Part shown: positions 37,120 to 48,899 of the stretch, one piece after another
How positions within the stretch are numbered: the stretch's first letter is position 1
Layout: the number at the start of each line of letters is the position of its first letter
NCBI GenBank assembly: GCA_050246315.1
Contig: JBFWWG010000018.1
Location: 1-57,743 of the forward strand
Direction: 5' to 3'
From: Nitrospiraceae bacterium
Lineage (GTDB): Bacteria > Nitrospirota > Nitrospiria > Nitrospirales > Nitrospiraceae
Length of the DNA stretch: 57,743 bases
Notes under the pieces: generated by a model
Told to the model about the DNA's origin: nothing
The model's database searches: none
The model's input: the letters and a program-made list of their open reading frames with translations, nothing else
Program-made: the position numbers and the translations under genes

Positions 37120-37593
37120 ATGCCCATGACACAAGGCAAACTCTGGGGCGGTCTGCTGGTCTTGTTTCTCGCCGGCGTGTTGACCGGCGTCGGGGGGACG
37201 ATCCTCTACCAGCATTACCAACAAGAACAACGCTGGCAGCGCGGACCTGCCGGCCGACAGGAACGTCTCATGAAACGCCTGACGGACGAACTGTCCTTGA
37301 CGCCGGCGCAATCGGCGGCGATCGAGCCGATCGTGAGCCGGACGCATGTGCAGATCTTGGAGCTGCGTGTCAAGCATCAACCGGAGGTTGATCGGATTCT
37401 GGCCGACGGCATCACCGAGGCGAAGACGAAACTATCCGGCGAGCAGGGTGCCAAGCTGGAGACGCTCTATGCGAAGCTGAAACAGCGGTGGCAAGTGTCG
37501 CGCGATTATCTCGCCACGGCACGGGAGCGTCTGTCTCGACCGAACCAAGCCGCTCAGCCGGAGCCGAGCACTGAACAGGGATCGAGACCATGA
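37120..37593 (+). CDS. Periplasmic LTxxQ-motif protein
   Basis: N-terminal TM, LSLTPAQ, LSGEQ. Confidence 0.7.
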   Translation: MPMTQGKLWGGLLVLFLAGVLTGVGGTILYQHYQQEQRWQRGPAGRQERLMKRLTDELSLTPAQSAAIEPIVSRTHVQILELRVKHQPEVDRILADGITEAKTKLSGEQGAKLETLYAKLKQRWQVSRDYLATARERLSRPNQAAQPEPSTEQGSRP

Positions 37594-38891
37594 GTCACAG
37601 CCAGCCGCCGCTTCAACCTCCCCCATCGCCGCAGGCGGTGCCCGAACGGGTCAGTGTCGCCCGTTTGGTCAAGCGCTGGTCGATCGGGTTGGTGATTCTC
37701 TCCGTCATTGCGTTCGGCGCGTACGTCTTGGTCACCAAGTCCGGCGAAGGGCAGTTGCGCGCAGGACAGAGTCGCAATGCCGGGGCTCGCAGCGTACCGG
37801 TCGTCGCCGCCACGACCAGAACCGGCGAGATCGGCATCTACCTGAATGGACTCGGCACGGTCGTCCCCTTCAACACGGTCACGGTGCGCAGTCGGGTCGA
37901 TGGGCAACTGATGCAGGTGTTGTTTCAAGAAGGCCAGATGGTCCGCCAGGGCGACCTCCTGGCACAGATCGATCCGCGCCCCTTCGAGGTGCAGTTGACG
38001 CAGGCGCAGGGACAGATGGCCCGGGATCTGGCGCAACTCAAGAACGCGCAACTCGACCTCGAACGGTATCGCGGTTTGGTCAAGCAAGGGTTTGTGCCCA
38101 AACAGCAGCTCGACACGCAGGAAGCGTTGGTGCGCCAATACGAGGGCATCGTCAAGGCCGATCAGGGCCAGATCGATAATGCGAAGTTGCAACTCACCTA
38201 TTGCCGTATCACCGCGCCGATCGATGGACGGGTGGGGTTGCGTCTGGTGGATGTCGGCAACATGGTTCGAGCCAACGATCCCAACGGCCTGTTGGTCATC
38301 ACGCAGCTCCAACCGATCACGGTGGTCTTTACGATCCCGGAAGACAGCCTTCCGCCGGTGTTGGAGAAATTGAAGGCCGGGGAGCGGCTGCCGGTGGACG
38401 CGTTCGATCGCGAGCACAAGCAGCGGCTGGCGAGCGGTTCGCTGCTGACCGTGGACAACCAGATCGATCCCAACACCGGGACGGTCCGGCTCAAGGCCGT
38501 CTTTTCGAACGAGCAGAACGAGCTGTTCCCCAATCAATTCGTCAACGCGCGGTTACTCTTGGATACCAAGCGCGGCGTCACGATCGTGCCGTCCGTGGCG
38601 GTCCAACGGGGACCGCAAGGGACCTTTGTCTATGTGGTGAAGCGAGATCAGGGCACCGAGCCGGCCGTGGAGGTTCGCCCCGTTGATGTCGGTGTCACGC
38701 ATGCCGAGGATGCCTCGATCGAGAAAGGCGTGGTCCCTGACGAACTGGTCGTCGTGGAAGGGACCGAGAAGCTGCGCGACGGGACCAAGGTGGAACTGCG
38801 GTCACCGACGGGTACCTCCGAACAATCGCATGCCAATCCCGAAGCGGCGCCGCCACCAGGACTTGCCGGTTCGACGAGGAACCCGTCGTGA
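37590..38891 (+). CDS. mdtA: RND membrane fusion protein MdtA/MuxA
   Basis: [46 protein letters not shown]. Confidence 0.9.
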   Translation: MSHSQPPLQPPPSPQAVPERVSVARLVKRWSIGLVILSVIAFGAYVLVTKSGEGQLRAGQSRNAGARSVPVVAATTRTGEIGIYLNGLGTVVPFNTVTVRSRVDGQLMQVLFQEGQMVRQGDLLAQIDPRPFEVQLTQAQGQMARDLAQLKNAQLDLERYRGLVKQGFVPKQQLDTQEALVRQYEGIVKADQGQIDNAKLQLTYCRITAPIDGRVGLRLVDVGNMVRANDPNGLLVITQLQPITVVFTIPEDSLPPVLEKLKAGERLPVDAFDREHKQRLASGSLLTVDNQIDPNTGTVRLKAVFSNEQNELFPNQFVNARLLLDTKRGVTIVPSVAVQRGPQGTFVYVVKRDQGTEPAVEVRPVDVGVTHAEDASIEKGVVPDELVVVEGTEKLRDGTKVELRSPTGTSEQSHANPEAAPPPGLAGSTRNPS

Positions 38892-41800
38892 ATCCTTCCC
38901 GCCTCTTCATCCTGCGACCGGTCGCCACGGCCCTGACGATGGTGGCGCTGCTGTTGGCCGGCCTCGTCGCCTACCGCCACCTGCCGGTCTCGGCCCTCCC
39001 CCAAGTGGACTATCCGACGATTCAGGTCCTGACGCTGTACCCCGGCGCCAGCCCCGATGTGATGACCTCGTCCGTCACGGCTCCGTTGGAACGCCAGTTC
39101 GGCCAGATGCCGGGATTGAAACAGATGACCTCGACCAGCTCCGGCGGCAGCTCGGTCGTGACCCTGCAATTCAGCCTCGATTTGGATTTGGACGTGGCCG
39201 AGCAGCAAGTGCAGGCCGCCATCAATACGGCCACCACCTTCTTGCCGCGGGATCTGCCGAATCCGCCTGTCTATAGCAAAGTGAACCCGGCGGATGCGCC
39301 GATCCTCACCCTGGCCCTCACTTCCAACGAATTGCCCCTGTCCCAGGTCGAGGACCTGGCCGAGACCCGTCTGGCGCAGAAGATTTCCCAATTGTCGGGA
39401 GTTGGGTTGGTCAGCATCGGCGGAGGGCAGCGGCCGGCCGTGCGGATCAGGGCCAACCCGCGGGCGCTCTCGGCCTATGGGTTGACGCTGGAAGACCTGC
39501 GCCGCGTCGTGGCGGAGGCCAACGTCAACCAGGCCAAGGGGTCCTTCGACGGGCCACGGCGGGCTTCGATCATCAACGCCACAGACCAGCTCCTGTCGAG
39601 CAAAGAATACAAGCCGCTGATCGTAGCCTATCGCAACAACGCGCCGGTGCATCTGTCCGATGTGGCCGAGGCCGTCGATGACGTCGAGAACGTGAAGCAG
39701 GCGGCCTGGATGAACGACCAGCCGGCCGTGATCGTGAACATCCAGCGGCAGCCGGGCGCGAACGTCATCGAGGTGGCGGACCGGGTCAAGCAGTTACTCC
39801 CACAACTGGAGCGGGCGCTCCCGTCCTCCGTCCACGTCACGGTCCTGACGGACAGGACTACCTCAATCAGGGCCTCGATCCGGGATGTGCAATTCGAGCT
39901 GATGCTGGCGGTGGCCCTCGTCATCATGGTGATCTTTCTCTTTCTGCGAACGCTGTCCGCCACCGGCATCCCCGCCGCTGCCGTGCCTCTGTCGTTGATC
40001 GGGACGTTCGGCGCCATGTATCTCCTGGGATTCAGCCTGAACAATCTCACGCTGATGGCGCTGACGATCGCGACCGGGTTCGTGGTGGACGATGCCATCG
40101 TCATGATCGAGAACATCGCCCGGTATCTCGAACGGGGCGACTCGCCGTTGCAGGCGGCGCTTGCCGGCTCCAAACAAATCGCCTTTACGATTTTGTCGCT
40201 GACCATCTCGCTCGTCGCGGTCTTGATTCCGCTGCTGTTCATGGGCGACGTGGTCGGGCGGTTGTTCCGGGAATTCGCCGTCACGTTGAGTGTGACCATT
40301 CTCATCTCGGCCGTCGTCTCGCTGACCTTGACGCCGATGATGTGTGCGCGGCTGCTTCGGCATGGTGCGGACGAGAAGCAGGGATCGCTTTCCGGGACGT
40401 TACAACGCCTGTTCGATCGCACCCTGGCGGAATACGACCGTTCCTTGCGGCTGGTGCTGGCCCATCAACCGCTAACCTTGGCGGTCGCGATCGGGACGTT
40501 GGTCCTGACGGTCATGCTGTACCTCCTCGTGCCGAAGGGCTTCTTCCCCGTGCAAGACACGGGAGTGATCCTCGGCATGACCCAGGCGGCGGAAACCGTG
40601 TCCTTTCCGGCGATGGCCGAACGGCAACAGGAGCTGGCGAAGGTTGTCTTGGAGGATCCTGCGGTCGAGAGCCTCTCGTCGTTCATCGGTGTGGACGGCA
40701 TCAATACGACGCTCAACAGCGGGCGTATGCAGATCAATCTCAAAGCTCTCTCGGAACGGGACGCGAGCGCGAGCGAGATCATTCGGCGCCTACAGGGTCG
40801 CGCGGCCGCGGTGCAGGGCATCACCCTGTTCATGCAGCCAGTGCAGGATCTCACGGTCGAGGACCGGGTCAGCCGCACGCAGTATCAGTACACGCTCGAA
40901 GATGCGGACCCGGAGGAACTCGCCCGCTGGGCGCCGAAATTGATGAGCGCGTTGCAGGCCTTGCCGGAGCTGCGTGACGTGAGCAGCGACCAGCAGGACT
41001 ATGGATTGGCCGCCCTGGTGACGATCGACCGGAACACAGCCTCGCGGCTGGGTATCACGCCGCAACTGATCGCCGACACGCTCTACAACGCCTTCGGCCA
41101 ACGACAGGTCTCTACGATGTTCACCCAGTTGAACCAGTACCGGGTGATTCTCGAAGTGATGCCGGAGTTTCAGCGGGGGCCGCAGGCCTTGCAGTTTCTG
41201 GACGTCCGGTCTTCGGCGGGCGGGCAGGTGCCGCTCAGCGTGTTTGCACAGGTCGCCGAGACGACCGCGCCGCTGCTGATCAGCCGGCAGGGTCAGTTCC
41301 CGGCCGTCACCCTGTCATTCAATGTGGCGCCGCACACGTCCCTCGGCGACGCCGTGACGGCGATCGAGCAGACCGCGCTGGAGATCGGGTTGCCCGCCAG
41401 CATCCGCAGCAGGTTCCAGGGTACGGCCCAGGCGTTTCAAGTCGCGCTGGTCAATCAACCCTGGCTGATCCTCGCGGCGCTGGTGACGGTTTACATCGTG
41501 CTGGGAATTCTCTACGAGAGCTATATCCATCCGCTGACGATCCTCTCGACGTTGCCCTCTGCCGGAGTCGGCGCGCTGCTGGCCTTGATGCTGGCGGGCA
41601 CGGACTTCAGCGTCATGGCGCTGATCGGCGTCATTCTGTTGATCGGCATCGTCAAGAAGAACGCAATCATGATGATCGACTTCGCGCTGGATGCGGAGCG
41701 CAAAGAGGGCAAGCGGCCGGAGGAGGCGATCTACGAAGCCTGTCTGTTGCGGTTCCGTCCGATCATGATGACCACGATGGCCGCGCTGCTGGCCGCGTTG

Positions 41801-42004
41801 CCGCTCGCCTTGGGTACGGGCGTCGGGTCAGAGTTGCGACGGCCCTTGGGGCTCTCGATCGTCGGCGGGTTGATCCTCAGCCAACTGCTCACGCTCTACA
41901 CGACGCCCGTCGTTTATTTGGCGTTCGACCGGCTGGCCCGCCGGGTGCGGGCCGGTCGCATCCCGGTCACCTCCGAGGAGGCCTTCGGTTCAGGACCGGC
42001 ATGA
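38888..42004 (+). CDS. mdtB: RND permease MdtB
   Basis: [45 protein letters not shown]. Confidence 0.92.
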   Translation: MNPSRLFILRPVATALTMVALLLAGLVAYRHLPVSALPQVDYPTIQVLTLYPGASPDVMTSSVTAPLERQFGQMPGLKQMTSTSSGGSSVVTLQFSLDLDLDVAEQQVQAAINTATTFLPRDLPNPPVYSKVNPADAPILTLALTSNELPLSQVEDLAETRLAQKISQLSGVGLVSIGGGQRPAVRIRANPRALSAYGLTLEDLRRVVAEANVNQAKGSFDGPRRASIINATDQLLSSKEYKPLIVAYRNNAPVHLSDVAEAVDDVENVKQAAWMNDQPAVIVNIQRQPGANVIEVADRVKQLLPQLERALPSSVHVTVLTDRTTSIRASIRDVQFELMLAVALVIMVIFLFLRTLSATGIPAAAVPLSLIGTFGAMYLLGFSLNNLTLMALTIATGFVVDDAIVMIENIARYLERGDSPLQAALAGSKQIAFTILSLTISLVAVLIPLLFMGDVVGRLFREFAVTLSVTILISAVVSLTLTPMMCARLLRHGADEKQGSLSGTLQRLFDRTLAEYDRSLRLVLAHQPLTLAVAIGTLVLTVMLYLLVPKGFFPVQDTGVILGMTQAAETVSFPAMAERQQELAKVVLEDPAVESLSSFIGVDGINTTLNSGRMQINLKALSERDASASEIIRRLQGRAAAVQGITLFMQPVQDLTVEDRVSRTQYQYTLEDADPEELARWAPKLMSALQALPELRDVSSDQQDYGLAALVTIDRNTASRLGITPQLIADTLYNAFGQRQVSTMFTQLNQYRVILEVMPEFQRGPQALQFLDVRSSAGGQVPLSVFAQVAETTAPLLISRQGQFPAVTLSFNVAPHTSLGDAVTAIEQTALEIGLPASIRSRFQGTAQAFQVALVNQPWLILAALVTVYIVLGILYESYIHPLTILSTLPSAGVGALLALMLAGTDFSVMALIGVILLIGIVKKNAIMMIDFALDAERKEGKRPEEAIYEACLLRFRPIMMTTMAALLAALPLALGTGVGSELRRPLGLSIVGGLILSQLLTLYTTPVVYLAFDRLARRVRAGRIPVTSEEAFGSGPA

Positions 42005-45000
42005 ACCTCTCTGCGCCCTTCATCAGACGGCCGGTGGCCACGACGTTGTTGACGATCGGTGTCACGTTGGTCGGCGCCGTGGCTTTCCGCTTCCTCCCCG
42101 TCGCGTCGCTCCCTCAAGTGGAGTTCCCGACGATTCAAGTCTCGGCGGAACTCCCGGGCGCCAGCCCGGAGGTCATGGCGACCGCCGTGGCGGCGCCGTT
42201 GGAGCGCCAATTTGCCCGGATCGCCGGCGTGACCGAGATGACCTCGACCAGTTCTCTCGGCTCGACCGGGATCACGCTGCAATTCGATCTCAATCGGAAT
42301 ATCGACGGGGCTGCGCGGGACGTACAGGCGGCGATCGCCGCGGCGCGGGCGGACCTCCCGGCCAACCTGCCGCGGAACCCTCGCTATTACAAGATCAATC
42401 CGGCCGATGCGCCGATCATGATCATGGCGCTGACGTCGGACGTGGTCGGCCGCGGCAGAATGTATGACGTCGCCTCCAGCATCGTGCAGCAGAAACTGTC
42501 GCAGGTCGACGGTGTGGGACAGGTCTATGTGGGAGGCGGCTCCCTGCCGGCCGTGCGCGTGGATCTGAACCTCGCCGCGTTGAACAAATATGGGATCGGG
42601 CTGGGCGATGTCCGGCAGGTCTTGAGCGCCACCAACGTCAATCGTCCGAAAGGGCACTTGGGGGACGAGTCCCGCGCTTGGCAGATCCGGGCCAACGATC
42701 AGCTTCATGCGGCCGACGACTACCTGCCGTTGATCGTGTCCTATCGGGATGGACGGGCCGTGCGGCTCATGGACGTGGGGACGGTGCAGGACTCGGTCGA
42801 GGACGTACGCACGATCGGGCTCTCCAACGCCACGCCCGCCGTGATCATGATTATCAGCCGCCAGCCAGGCGCCAACGTGATCGAAACGGTGGAGCGCATT
42901 CAGGCGCGCTTTCATGAGATCCAGGCGGCCGTTCCCGGGAATATGACGCTCGCCATCGTGATGGACCGCACCCCTGTGATCCGAGCCTCGTTACATGATG
43001 TGGAACGCACGCTGGTGATTTCCGTCCTGCTGGTGATCTTGGTGGTGTTCGTGTTTCTTCGGAGCCCACGGGCGACGCTCATCCCCAGCGTGGCCGTGCC
43101 GGTCTCGCTGGTCAGTACCTTCGGGGTCATGTATCTTTTCGACTATAGCCTCGACAATCTCTCGCTGATGGCGCTGGCGATTGCCACGGGGTTTGTGGTC
43201 GATGACGCCATCGTGGTCGTCGAGAACATCAGCCGGTACCGCGAGCAGGGGATGCCGTCGTTGCAGGCCGCGCTCCGCGGCGCGCAGGAGATCGCGTTCA
43301 CCGTCCTCTCGATCACCCTCTCGCTGGTCGCGGTCTTTCTTCCGCTCCTGTTGCTGGGCGGCATGATCGGCCGATTGTTCCGGGAATTCGCGGTGACCCT
43401 GTCGAGCGCCATCCTGATCTCGCTCGCCGTCTCGCTGACCTTGACGCCGATGATGTGCGCGCGCCTCCTGAAACCCGAGCGGCACGAGCAGCACGGATGG
43501 TGTCATCGAACCAGCGAGCGTCTGTTTGAATCGCTGCGGACGGGCTATGCCGGGAGCCTGGCCTGGGTGCTGCGGCATCCGGCGCCGATGCTCCTGCTCA
43601 CGCTTGCCACCATGGGATTGAGCGTGTACCTCTACGGCATCGTCCCCAAAGGGTTCTTTCCTCAACAGGACACCGGGCGGCTGTTCGGAACGATCCAGGC
43701 ATCACAGGACATCTCGTTTCAAGCCATGCGCCGGAAGCTGGAGCAGGTCGTGGCGATCGTCCAACGCGATCCGGCCGTCGAGACCGTCGATGCCTTCGCC
43801 GGGTCGAGCGGCAGTTCGAACACGGGCCGAATGTTCATCGTCCTGAAACCGCAATGGGAACGGAACATCAACTCGGATCAGGTCATCGCCAGGCTGCGCG
43901 GACAACTGGCGGGTTTGCCCGGTGCCCCGACGTATCTGCAGGTCATCCAAGATCTACGGATCGGTGGTCGCGCCAGCAGCGCCCAATATCAGTACACGCT
44001 CCAGAGCGTGGACCTGGCCGAGCTCAATACCTGGGCACCGCGGATCGAGCGCGTCTTGCGGACTCTGCCGGAGATTGCCGATGTGAACAGCGACCAGCAG
44101 GATAAGGGGCTGCAATCCCTGGTCGTGTACGACCGGGGAACGGCCTCGCGCCTTGGGCTCACGCCGCAGCTCATCGATGAGACGCTCTACGACGCCTTCG
44201 GCCAGCGACAGGTGTCGATTATGTACACCCCGCTGAACCAATACCATGTGGTGATGGGAGTGGCGCCGGAGTATTGGCAGGACCCGGCGGCGTTGCACGA
44301 TATCTACGTGCGGTCTCCCACCGGGGCGCAGGTGCCGCTGAGTGCCGTGGCCCGGTACGAAACGAGATCGACCTTGCTCTCGGTCAATCACCAGGGACAG
44401 TTCCCGGGCGTGACCCTGTCGTTCAACATGACGCCGGGGGTGTCGCTCGGACAGGCCTTGCAATCCATCGAGCGGGCGATGAGGGACATCGGCGTACCCG
44501 GAACCATCCGTGGGAACTTCCAGGGGACCGCGCGCGCGTTTCAGTCCTCGCTGAATACGGCGCCCTGGCTGATCTTTGCCGCGCTCGCGACGGTCTACAT
44601 CGTGCTTGGTATTCTCTATGAGAGCTACATCCACCCGCTCACGATCCTGTCAACCTTGCCCTCCGCCGGCGTCGGCGCACTGTTGGCCCTTCTGCTGCTC
44701 AAAACGGAACTCAGCATGGTTGCCATCATCGGCATTATCCTGTTGATCGGCATCGTGAAGAAGAACGCGATTCTCATGATCGACTTCGCGCTGGATGCGG
44801 AACGCAAAGACGGGAAGCGGCCGGCCGAAGCGATCTATGAAGCCTGCCTGTTGCGGTTCCGGCCGATCCTGATGACCACCCTGGCTGCGCTGTTGGGAGC
44901 GCTGCCGCTGGCCGTGGGGATGGGCACGGGCTCGGAGCTTCGGCGGCCCCTCGGCATCGCGATCGTAGGCGGCCTGCTCGTCAGCCAGTTGCTCACGCTC

Positions 45001-45090
45001 TACACGACGCCGGTCGTCTATCTCTATCTCGACCGGGTGAGGCTCTGGTTCCTTCGTCAGAGGACGAGATCCGAAGCACGGACGGCGTAG
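42001..45090 (+). CDS. mdtC: RND permease MdtC
   Basis: [41 protein letters not shown]. Confidence 0.92.
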   Translation: MNLSAPFIRRPVATTLLTIGVTLVGAVAFRFLPVASLPQVEFPTIQVSAELPGASPEVMATAVAAPLERQFARIAGVTEMTSTSSLGSTGITLQFDLNRNIDGAARDVQAAIAAARADLPANLPRNPRYYKINPADAPIMIMALTSDVVGRGRMYDVASSIVQQKLSQVDGVGQVYVGGGSLPAVRVDLNLAALNKYGIGLGDVRQVLSATNVNRPKGHLGDESRAWQIRANDQLHAADDYLPLIVSYRDGRAVRLMDVGTVQDSVEDVRTIGLSNATPAVIMIISRQPGANVIETVERIQARFHEIQAAVPGNMTLAIVMDRTPVIRASLHDVERTLVISVLLVILVVFVFLRSPRATLIPSVAVPVSLVSTFGVMYLFDYSLDNLSLMALAIATGFVVDDAIVVVENISRYREQGMPSLQAALRGAQEIAFTVLSITLSLVAVFLPLLLLGGMIGRLFREFAVTLSSAILISLAVSLTLTPMMCARLLKPERHEQHGWCHRTSERLFESLRTGYAGSLAWVLRHPAPMLLLTLATMGLSVYLYGIVPKGFFPQQDTGRLFGTIQASQDISFQAMRRKLEQVVAIVQRDPAVETVDAFAGSSGSSNTGRMFIVLKPQWERNINSDQVIARLRGQLAGLPGAPTYLQVIQDLRIGGRASSAQYQYTLQSVDLAELNTWAPRIERVLRTLPEIADVNSDQQDKGLQSLVVYDRGTASRLGLTPQLIDETLYDAFGQRQVSIMYTPLNQYHVVMGVAPEYWQDPAALHDIYVRSPTGAQVPLSAVARYETRSTLLSVNHQGQFPGVTLSFNMTPGVSLGQALQSIERAMRDIGVPGTIRGNFQGTARAFQSSLNTAPWLIFAALATVYIVLGILYESYIHPLTILSTLPSAGVGALLALLLLKTELSMVAIIGIILLIGIVKKNAILMIDFALDAERKDGKRPAEAIYEACLLRFRPILMTTLAALLGALPLAVGMGTGSELRRPLGIAIVGGLLVSQLLTLYTTPVVYLYLDRVRLWFLRQRTRSEARTA

Positions 45091-45228
45091 GGAGAAGGAT
45101 TTGGGAGAGACGCGGCCCCCCCTTGATGCGATGGTGCGCGCGGGCGAGGAGAGGGGAGGATGGATGTGGTTCGCGATTGACACAAGAGAACGGCAAACGT
45201 AGGCTGTCTCCCGTTTGGAGCGCATACA

Positions 45229-45570
45229 ATGGGAACGATCTCCTCGCAGGGCACATCACGATCCACCAACGGTTCCAGGCGACGTCTGTTGCGACACATG
45301 GCCATGCTGCGTCGGCAATTGCCGATGCTCAGGACTAAGTATCACGTAAAGACACTTGGTGTGTTCGGTTCGTATGTGCGTGGCACGTCTCGGCGGGGAA
45401 GCGACCTCGATCTGCTCGTTGAATTTACCGAGACCCCGAGCTTGTTTGAGTTCGTTGAGTTCGAACAGCGGTTGTCGGGATTGCTCGGCGTCAAAGTCGA
45501 TTTGGTCATGAAAGACACCCTCAAGCCAATGATCGGCCGACACATCCTCGATGAGGTTGTGGGCCTATGA
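45229..45570 (+). CDS. Minimal nucleotidyltransferase (MNT) antitoxin (start may be 45298)
   Basis: GVFGSYVRG...SDLDLLVEF...KVDLV. Confidence 0.9.
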   Translation: MGTISSQGTSRSTNGSRRRLLRHMAMLRRQLPMLRTKYHVKTLGVFGSYVRGTSRRGSDLDLLVEFTETPSLFEFVEFEQRLSGLLGVKVDLVMKDTLKPMIGRHILDEVVGL

Positions 45571-45935
45571 CCGCGAAGCGAGAGTACCTCGACTACCTGT
45601 CAGACATTCAGGAGGCGGTGAGCCACATTCTCGCGTTTACAGAGGGGGTGACCGAGGAGCAGTTTGCGACGGATCGGAAGACGCTCTATGCGGTGGTGCG
45701 GGCCTTCGAGATTATCGGTGAAGCCACCAAGAAGATTCCGATGCCGGTTCGGAAACGGCATGCCAAGGTGCCTTGGAAACAGATGGCGGGCATGCGCGAT
45801 AAGCTCATCCATGAATACTTTGGTGTGAACTATCAAGTGCTCTGGAAGTCAATTCAGACGGATATTCCTCCTCTGCAACCACGCATGGCCAAGGTCATGG
45901 AACAGGAAGCGAAGAAGGCCCGTCGAATTGAGTGA
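45567..45935 (+). CDS. HepT-like HEPN (DUF86) toxin
   Basis: EIIGEA, WKQMAGMRDKLIHEYFGV (Rx4H); ATGA overlap with MNT. Confidence 0.92.
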   Translation: MTAKREYLDYLSDIQEAVSHILAFTEGVTEEQFATDRKTLYAVVRAFEIIGEATKKIPMPVRKRHAKVPWKQMAGMRDKLIHEYFGVNYQVLWKSIQTDIPPLQPRMAKVMEQEAKKARRIE

Positions 45936-45977
45936 TGTAAGCCTACAGTAACTGGCCTACCCTCTTTCTTTGCCTCT

Positions 45978-46203
45978 CGGCCGATTCTGATCGACCCTGG
46001 CCGCGCTGTTGGGAGCGCTGCCGCTGGCCGTGGGGATGGGCGTGGGCTCGGAGCTTCGGAGGCCGCTCGGCATTGCGATCGTGGGCGGCCTGCTCGTCAG
46101 CCAGTTGCTCACGCTCTACGCGACCTCGGTCGTCTATCTCTATCTCGATCGGGTGAGATTCCGGTTCCTGCGCCGGCGGACGAGATCCGAAGCCCGGACG
46201 GCG
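45978..46203 (+). pseudogene. Stranded diverged copy of the mdtC 3' end
   Basis: Aligns with 44860-45087; [27 protein letters not shown]...RTRSEARTA. Confidence 0.9.
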
Positions 46204-46262
46204 ACCAATATAAATGGGGTCCGACCTCTATGGACCGACCCCTATGGACCATTGATGGGGGA

Positions 46263-47126
46263 TCATTTCTTGTAATCGTCAAAGAACTTCTCATCGATGT
46301 CGTACGTACGCTTTGGAGTGAGGCCCAATTCATGACGCTCGAACATTTCAACCAGCATGTCGCCGTCCACGAGTTCGATCGGTGGGACGCCATCACGTCT
46401 TGCTTCCTTCTTGGCGTCGAGTGTGAATGTTCCTGTCGTAACGATCAGGCCCTTATCAGCGCGACCCATCATTGCACCGCGGAAATCACGAACCTGAGAT
46501 GGAGTGACCGCACCTTGGTATCGTTTGCATTGGAAAAGCACATTGAAACTAACGAACGGATTGACCTGCAAGGTGCCGACTCCGTCGATTCCCCCGTCCC
46601 CGCTCTTGCCCGTGACAGGCACATGCTGGAAACCGGATTCTCGGAGAAGCCTTTGCGTTAGCCTCTCGAATCCGCTCGGGGGAAGCGACTTGATAAGCTC
46701 GAGGAGTGTTGTTCTGTGATCCTTGGGCTCCTCCTCACCTGGAAGAGTGTCGTCAGTCCGCGGTGCCCCTGCTTCTTTGGACTTCCGATATTGAAATCGC
46801 TTGCTGTGTATGGTCTTGAACGTTTCGAGCGCATTGAACGTTGACAGATTCACGGATGAGCCCTCGTCCGTGAGATTCCACACGCCCCATTTTGATGAAC
46901 CGAGGTATCCAGCCCATACAGGGTACTGGCGAGCCCAATGCACCTGATTCTTTACTCGGGATAACCCGTTCTTGTTGACGGCTTGTTGCTCTTCTTCGGT
47001 GACCTTCGCAAGTTCGATGGAGCGGTCAACGATCTCAGAAGCAGTTCCGGAACCGCCCAGACCCATCATGACCTCGAGGATGGGCCTGAAGAAGCGAATG
47101 AACTCGGGTCCCTTGCTTTGTCTCAT
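46263..47126 (-). CDS. mrr: Mrr-family type IV restriction endonuclease
   Basis: Mrr_N (NQVHWAR...GVWNLT) and catalytic FE...DGGIDG...QCKRY...IELVDG. Confidence 0.9.
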   Translation of the reverse strand: MRQSKGPEFIRFFRPILEVMMGLGGSGTASEIVDRSIELAKVTEEEQQAVNKNGLSRVKNQVHWARQYPVWAGYLGSSKWGVWNLTDEGSSVNLSTFNALETFKTIHSKRFQYRKSKEAGAPRTDDTLPGEEEPKDHRTTLLELIKSLPPSGFERLTQRLLRESGFQHVPVTGKSGDGGIDGVGTLQVNPFVSFNVLFQCKRYQGAVTPSQVRDFRGAMMGRADKGLIVTTGTFTLDAKKEARRDGVPPIELVDGDMLVEMFERHELGLTPKRTYDIDEKFFDDYKK

Positions 47127-47506
47127 ATTGCTATCACCTAACTATTGAGCGAACCGCCAAGGCGCTGCACATTCTAGCGGCCTACCTCGTTATGGTTCCT
47201 CATCCCGAACCGCGCAAAACCTGCCGGATTGTCGGAGAAATCTAATAGGGTGTCAACGTGGTCCTTGCCAATAAATCCCGCCGCTCCGGCGGCCTATCTT
47301 CCGTTGGCCCGCAGCCTATTTCCGCCTGACGAGCGGCTCAGGGAGGCTCATCCGAGCGAATCTGCGGGGCTGCACACACCGCGGCAAAAAGAAAGGGAAG
47401 TTGTCTTGTGCAAACCCGGATGTTGAAGCGATGCGGACAGATTGGGGCCTGGTTCAGTCTGACTCCTTTGTTTTACACCCGCTCAATCGGTACGCTTGGC
47501 TCAGGC

Positions 47507-48091
47507 CTACAAATTGTCCACGATTCTGCGCTGCGTCGTTCGGACGCGCTCCTTTAACCTGTTCAGCTCGGTCACTTGGTTTTCTATAGTTTCGAAAAGG
47601 GCAGCTCGTTCTCGTAATGCCTTCTTCCCGTCTGATGAGACTGCGTCAAGTCTTTTGGCAACGGACTCAACCTTGTCGAACAGCCCTGACAATTCGTCAA
47701 GAATCCCTCGTTCTCCGGTGGCCAGAGCGTCAATCAGTTTGGTGATTTGTGTCAATTTGCCTATTCGAATCGAGTAACGAGCTGGATCGAACAGTTGCTG
47801 AAGACGATCGCGCATCTCGTAGAGGCCCTGGCATATGCGAAATTCATGGTACGTTTGTAGAAGCTTCGACCGCGCCGCAAGCAAATACGAGGCGAGTTCC
47901 TTGGGAGAATCAATTGTGCGAGCATTCTGGAGGTATGAGGTAACCATCACGATAGAGGTTTCAAGCTGATCAGCTAAGGAACCAACGGTGCCGATGATCT
48001 CCTTTCGTGCCGTACGGTTGACATTTCCGCCGAACATTACAATGTTCCTCACTGCGTTCCAGAAACCGTCAATCATGCCGCCTGTTGACAT
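47507..48091 (-). CDS. Hypothetical all-helical/coiled-coil protein
   Basis: 194-aa ORF with AGGAGG RBS; locally AT-richer DNA; no motif recognised. Confidence 0.7.
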   Translation of the reverse strand: MSTGGMIDGFWNAVRNIVMFGGNVNRTARKEIIGTVGSLADQLETSIVMVTSYLQNARTIDSPKELASYLLAARSKLLQTYHEFRICQGLYEMRDRLQQLFDPARYSIRIGKLTQITKLIDALATGERGILDELSGLFDKVESVAKRLDAVSSDGKKALRERAALFETIENQVTELNRLKERVRTTQRRIVDNL

Positions 48092-48359
48092 TAGGGTCCT
48101 CCTGGCGTGCTACTTCATTAAATAAATCGGCTCATTTGAGGGCGTGTCTATCTTATGTGCAGCCCTTGCATCACTGTGATCCGCGGATAGCGAGTGTAAG
48201 AACCGCGCGATGAATTCTCGGCCGATTCGCCGACCCCGTCAAGGGCCACTCACACGGCCGGCCTACGAAATGCTCCTATTTCGGCATCACGCTCCGAGAT
48301 CGAGGGCGCTGTAGCCTAAGGAGAGCGGGGACGAAACGAACCGTCATGAATAATGTGGG

Positions 48360-48491
48360 CTAGTGTTGTGTCCCGTAAGTTCCGGTAATTATCCGTTCGC
48401 ACTGAGCGTGTCGAGGGGCGCCCACTTTCAAGGAGTTCCGTTCATGGTTCGACAGGCTCACCACGAACGAACTTCTGGGACGCAACACTAG
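48360..48491. mobile_element. 132-bp MITE with IS630-like ends
   Basis: CTAGTGTTGTGTCCCGTAAGTT...AACTTCTGGGACGCAACACTAG; IR nearly identical to the IS630 left end at 191; internal imperfect palindrome. Confidence 0.8.
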
Positions 48492-48605
48492 GTCATCGTC
48501 TGCATTGCCATTGTACTGCTGTTAGCGCGGGCTCATGCCTTCTTGTTAATGCGTGAAATAATGCGCTATATTACACGTACTATTAGACGCAGAGGAGGCT
48601 GTGAC

Positions 48606-48899
48606 ATGTCAGTGGCATTCAAGAAGGAAGAAATTCTCAGCGCGTCGCTGGTGGCCCGGTCTTTTGGAAAAGTGTTGACCGACCTGAAGGGCCAGCACCG
48701 CCGCCGGGTGGTGGTGCTCAAGAACAATCAGGTGGAAGCCGTGATTGTGCCGGTGGACGAATACGAATTGATGGCGGAGGCGCTCGCCTTGCTGGAGCAC
48801 ATGGAGATTTATCGGACGGTCAAACAGCGAGCTCGAAAGCAGAGGAAGAAACCCATCTCATTGGAGGCGTTGCTGAAGGAACAGCGCCTTGCGATATAG
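48606..48899 (+). CDS. Phd/YefM-like antitoxin
   Basis: VARSFGKVL...VVLKNNQVEAVIVPVDEYE...ISLEALL; GAGGAGG RBS. Confidence 0.82.
   Translation: MSVAFKKEEILSASLVARSFGKVLTDLKGQHRRRVVVLKNNQVEAVIVPVDEYELMAEALALLEHMEIYRTVKQRARKQRKKPISLEALLKEQRLAI

Noticed and set aside
37554..45225. Minus-strand ORFs across mdtABC, and mdtB/mdtC sequence similarity as a repeat
   Set aside because: Shadow ORFs; the similarity is normal paralogy of the two RND subunits.
46216..46260. Short tandem repeat CCGACC(T/C)CTATGGA as a CRISPR remnant
   Set aside because: Only two adjacent 14-bp units, with no spacers and no cas genes.
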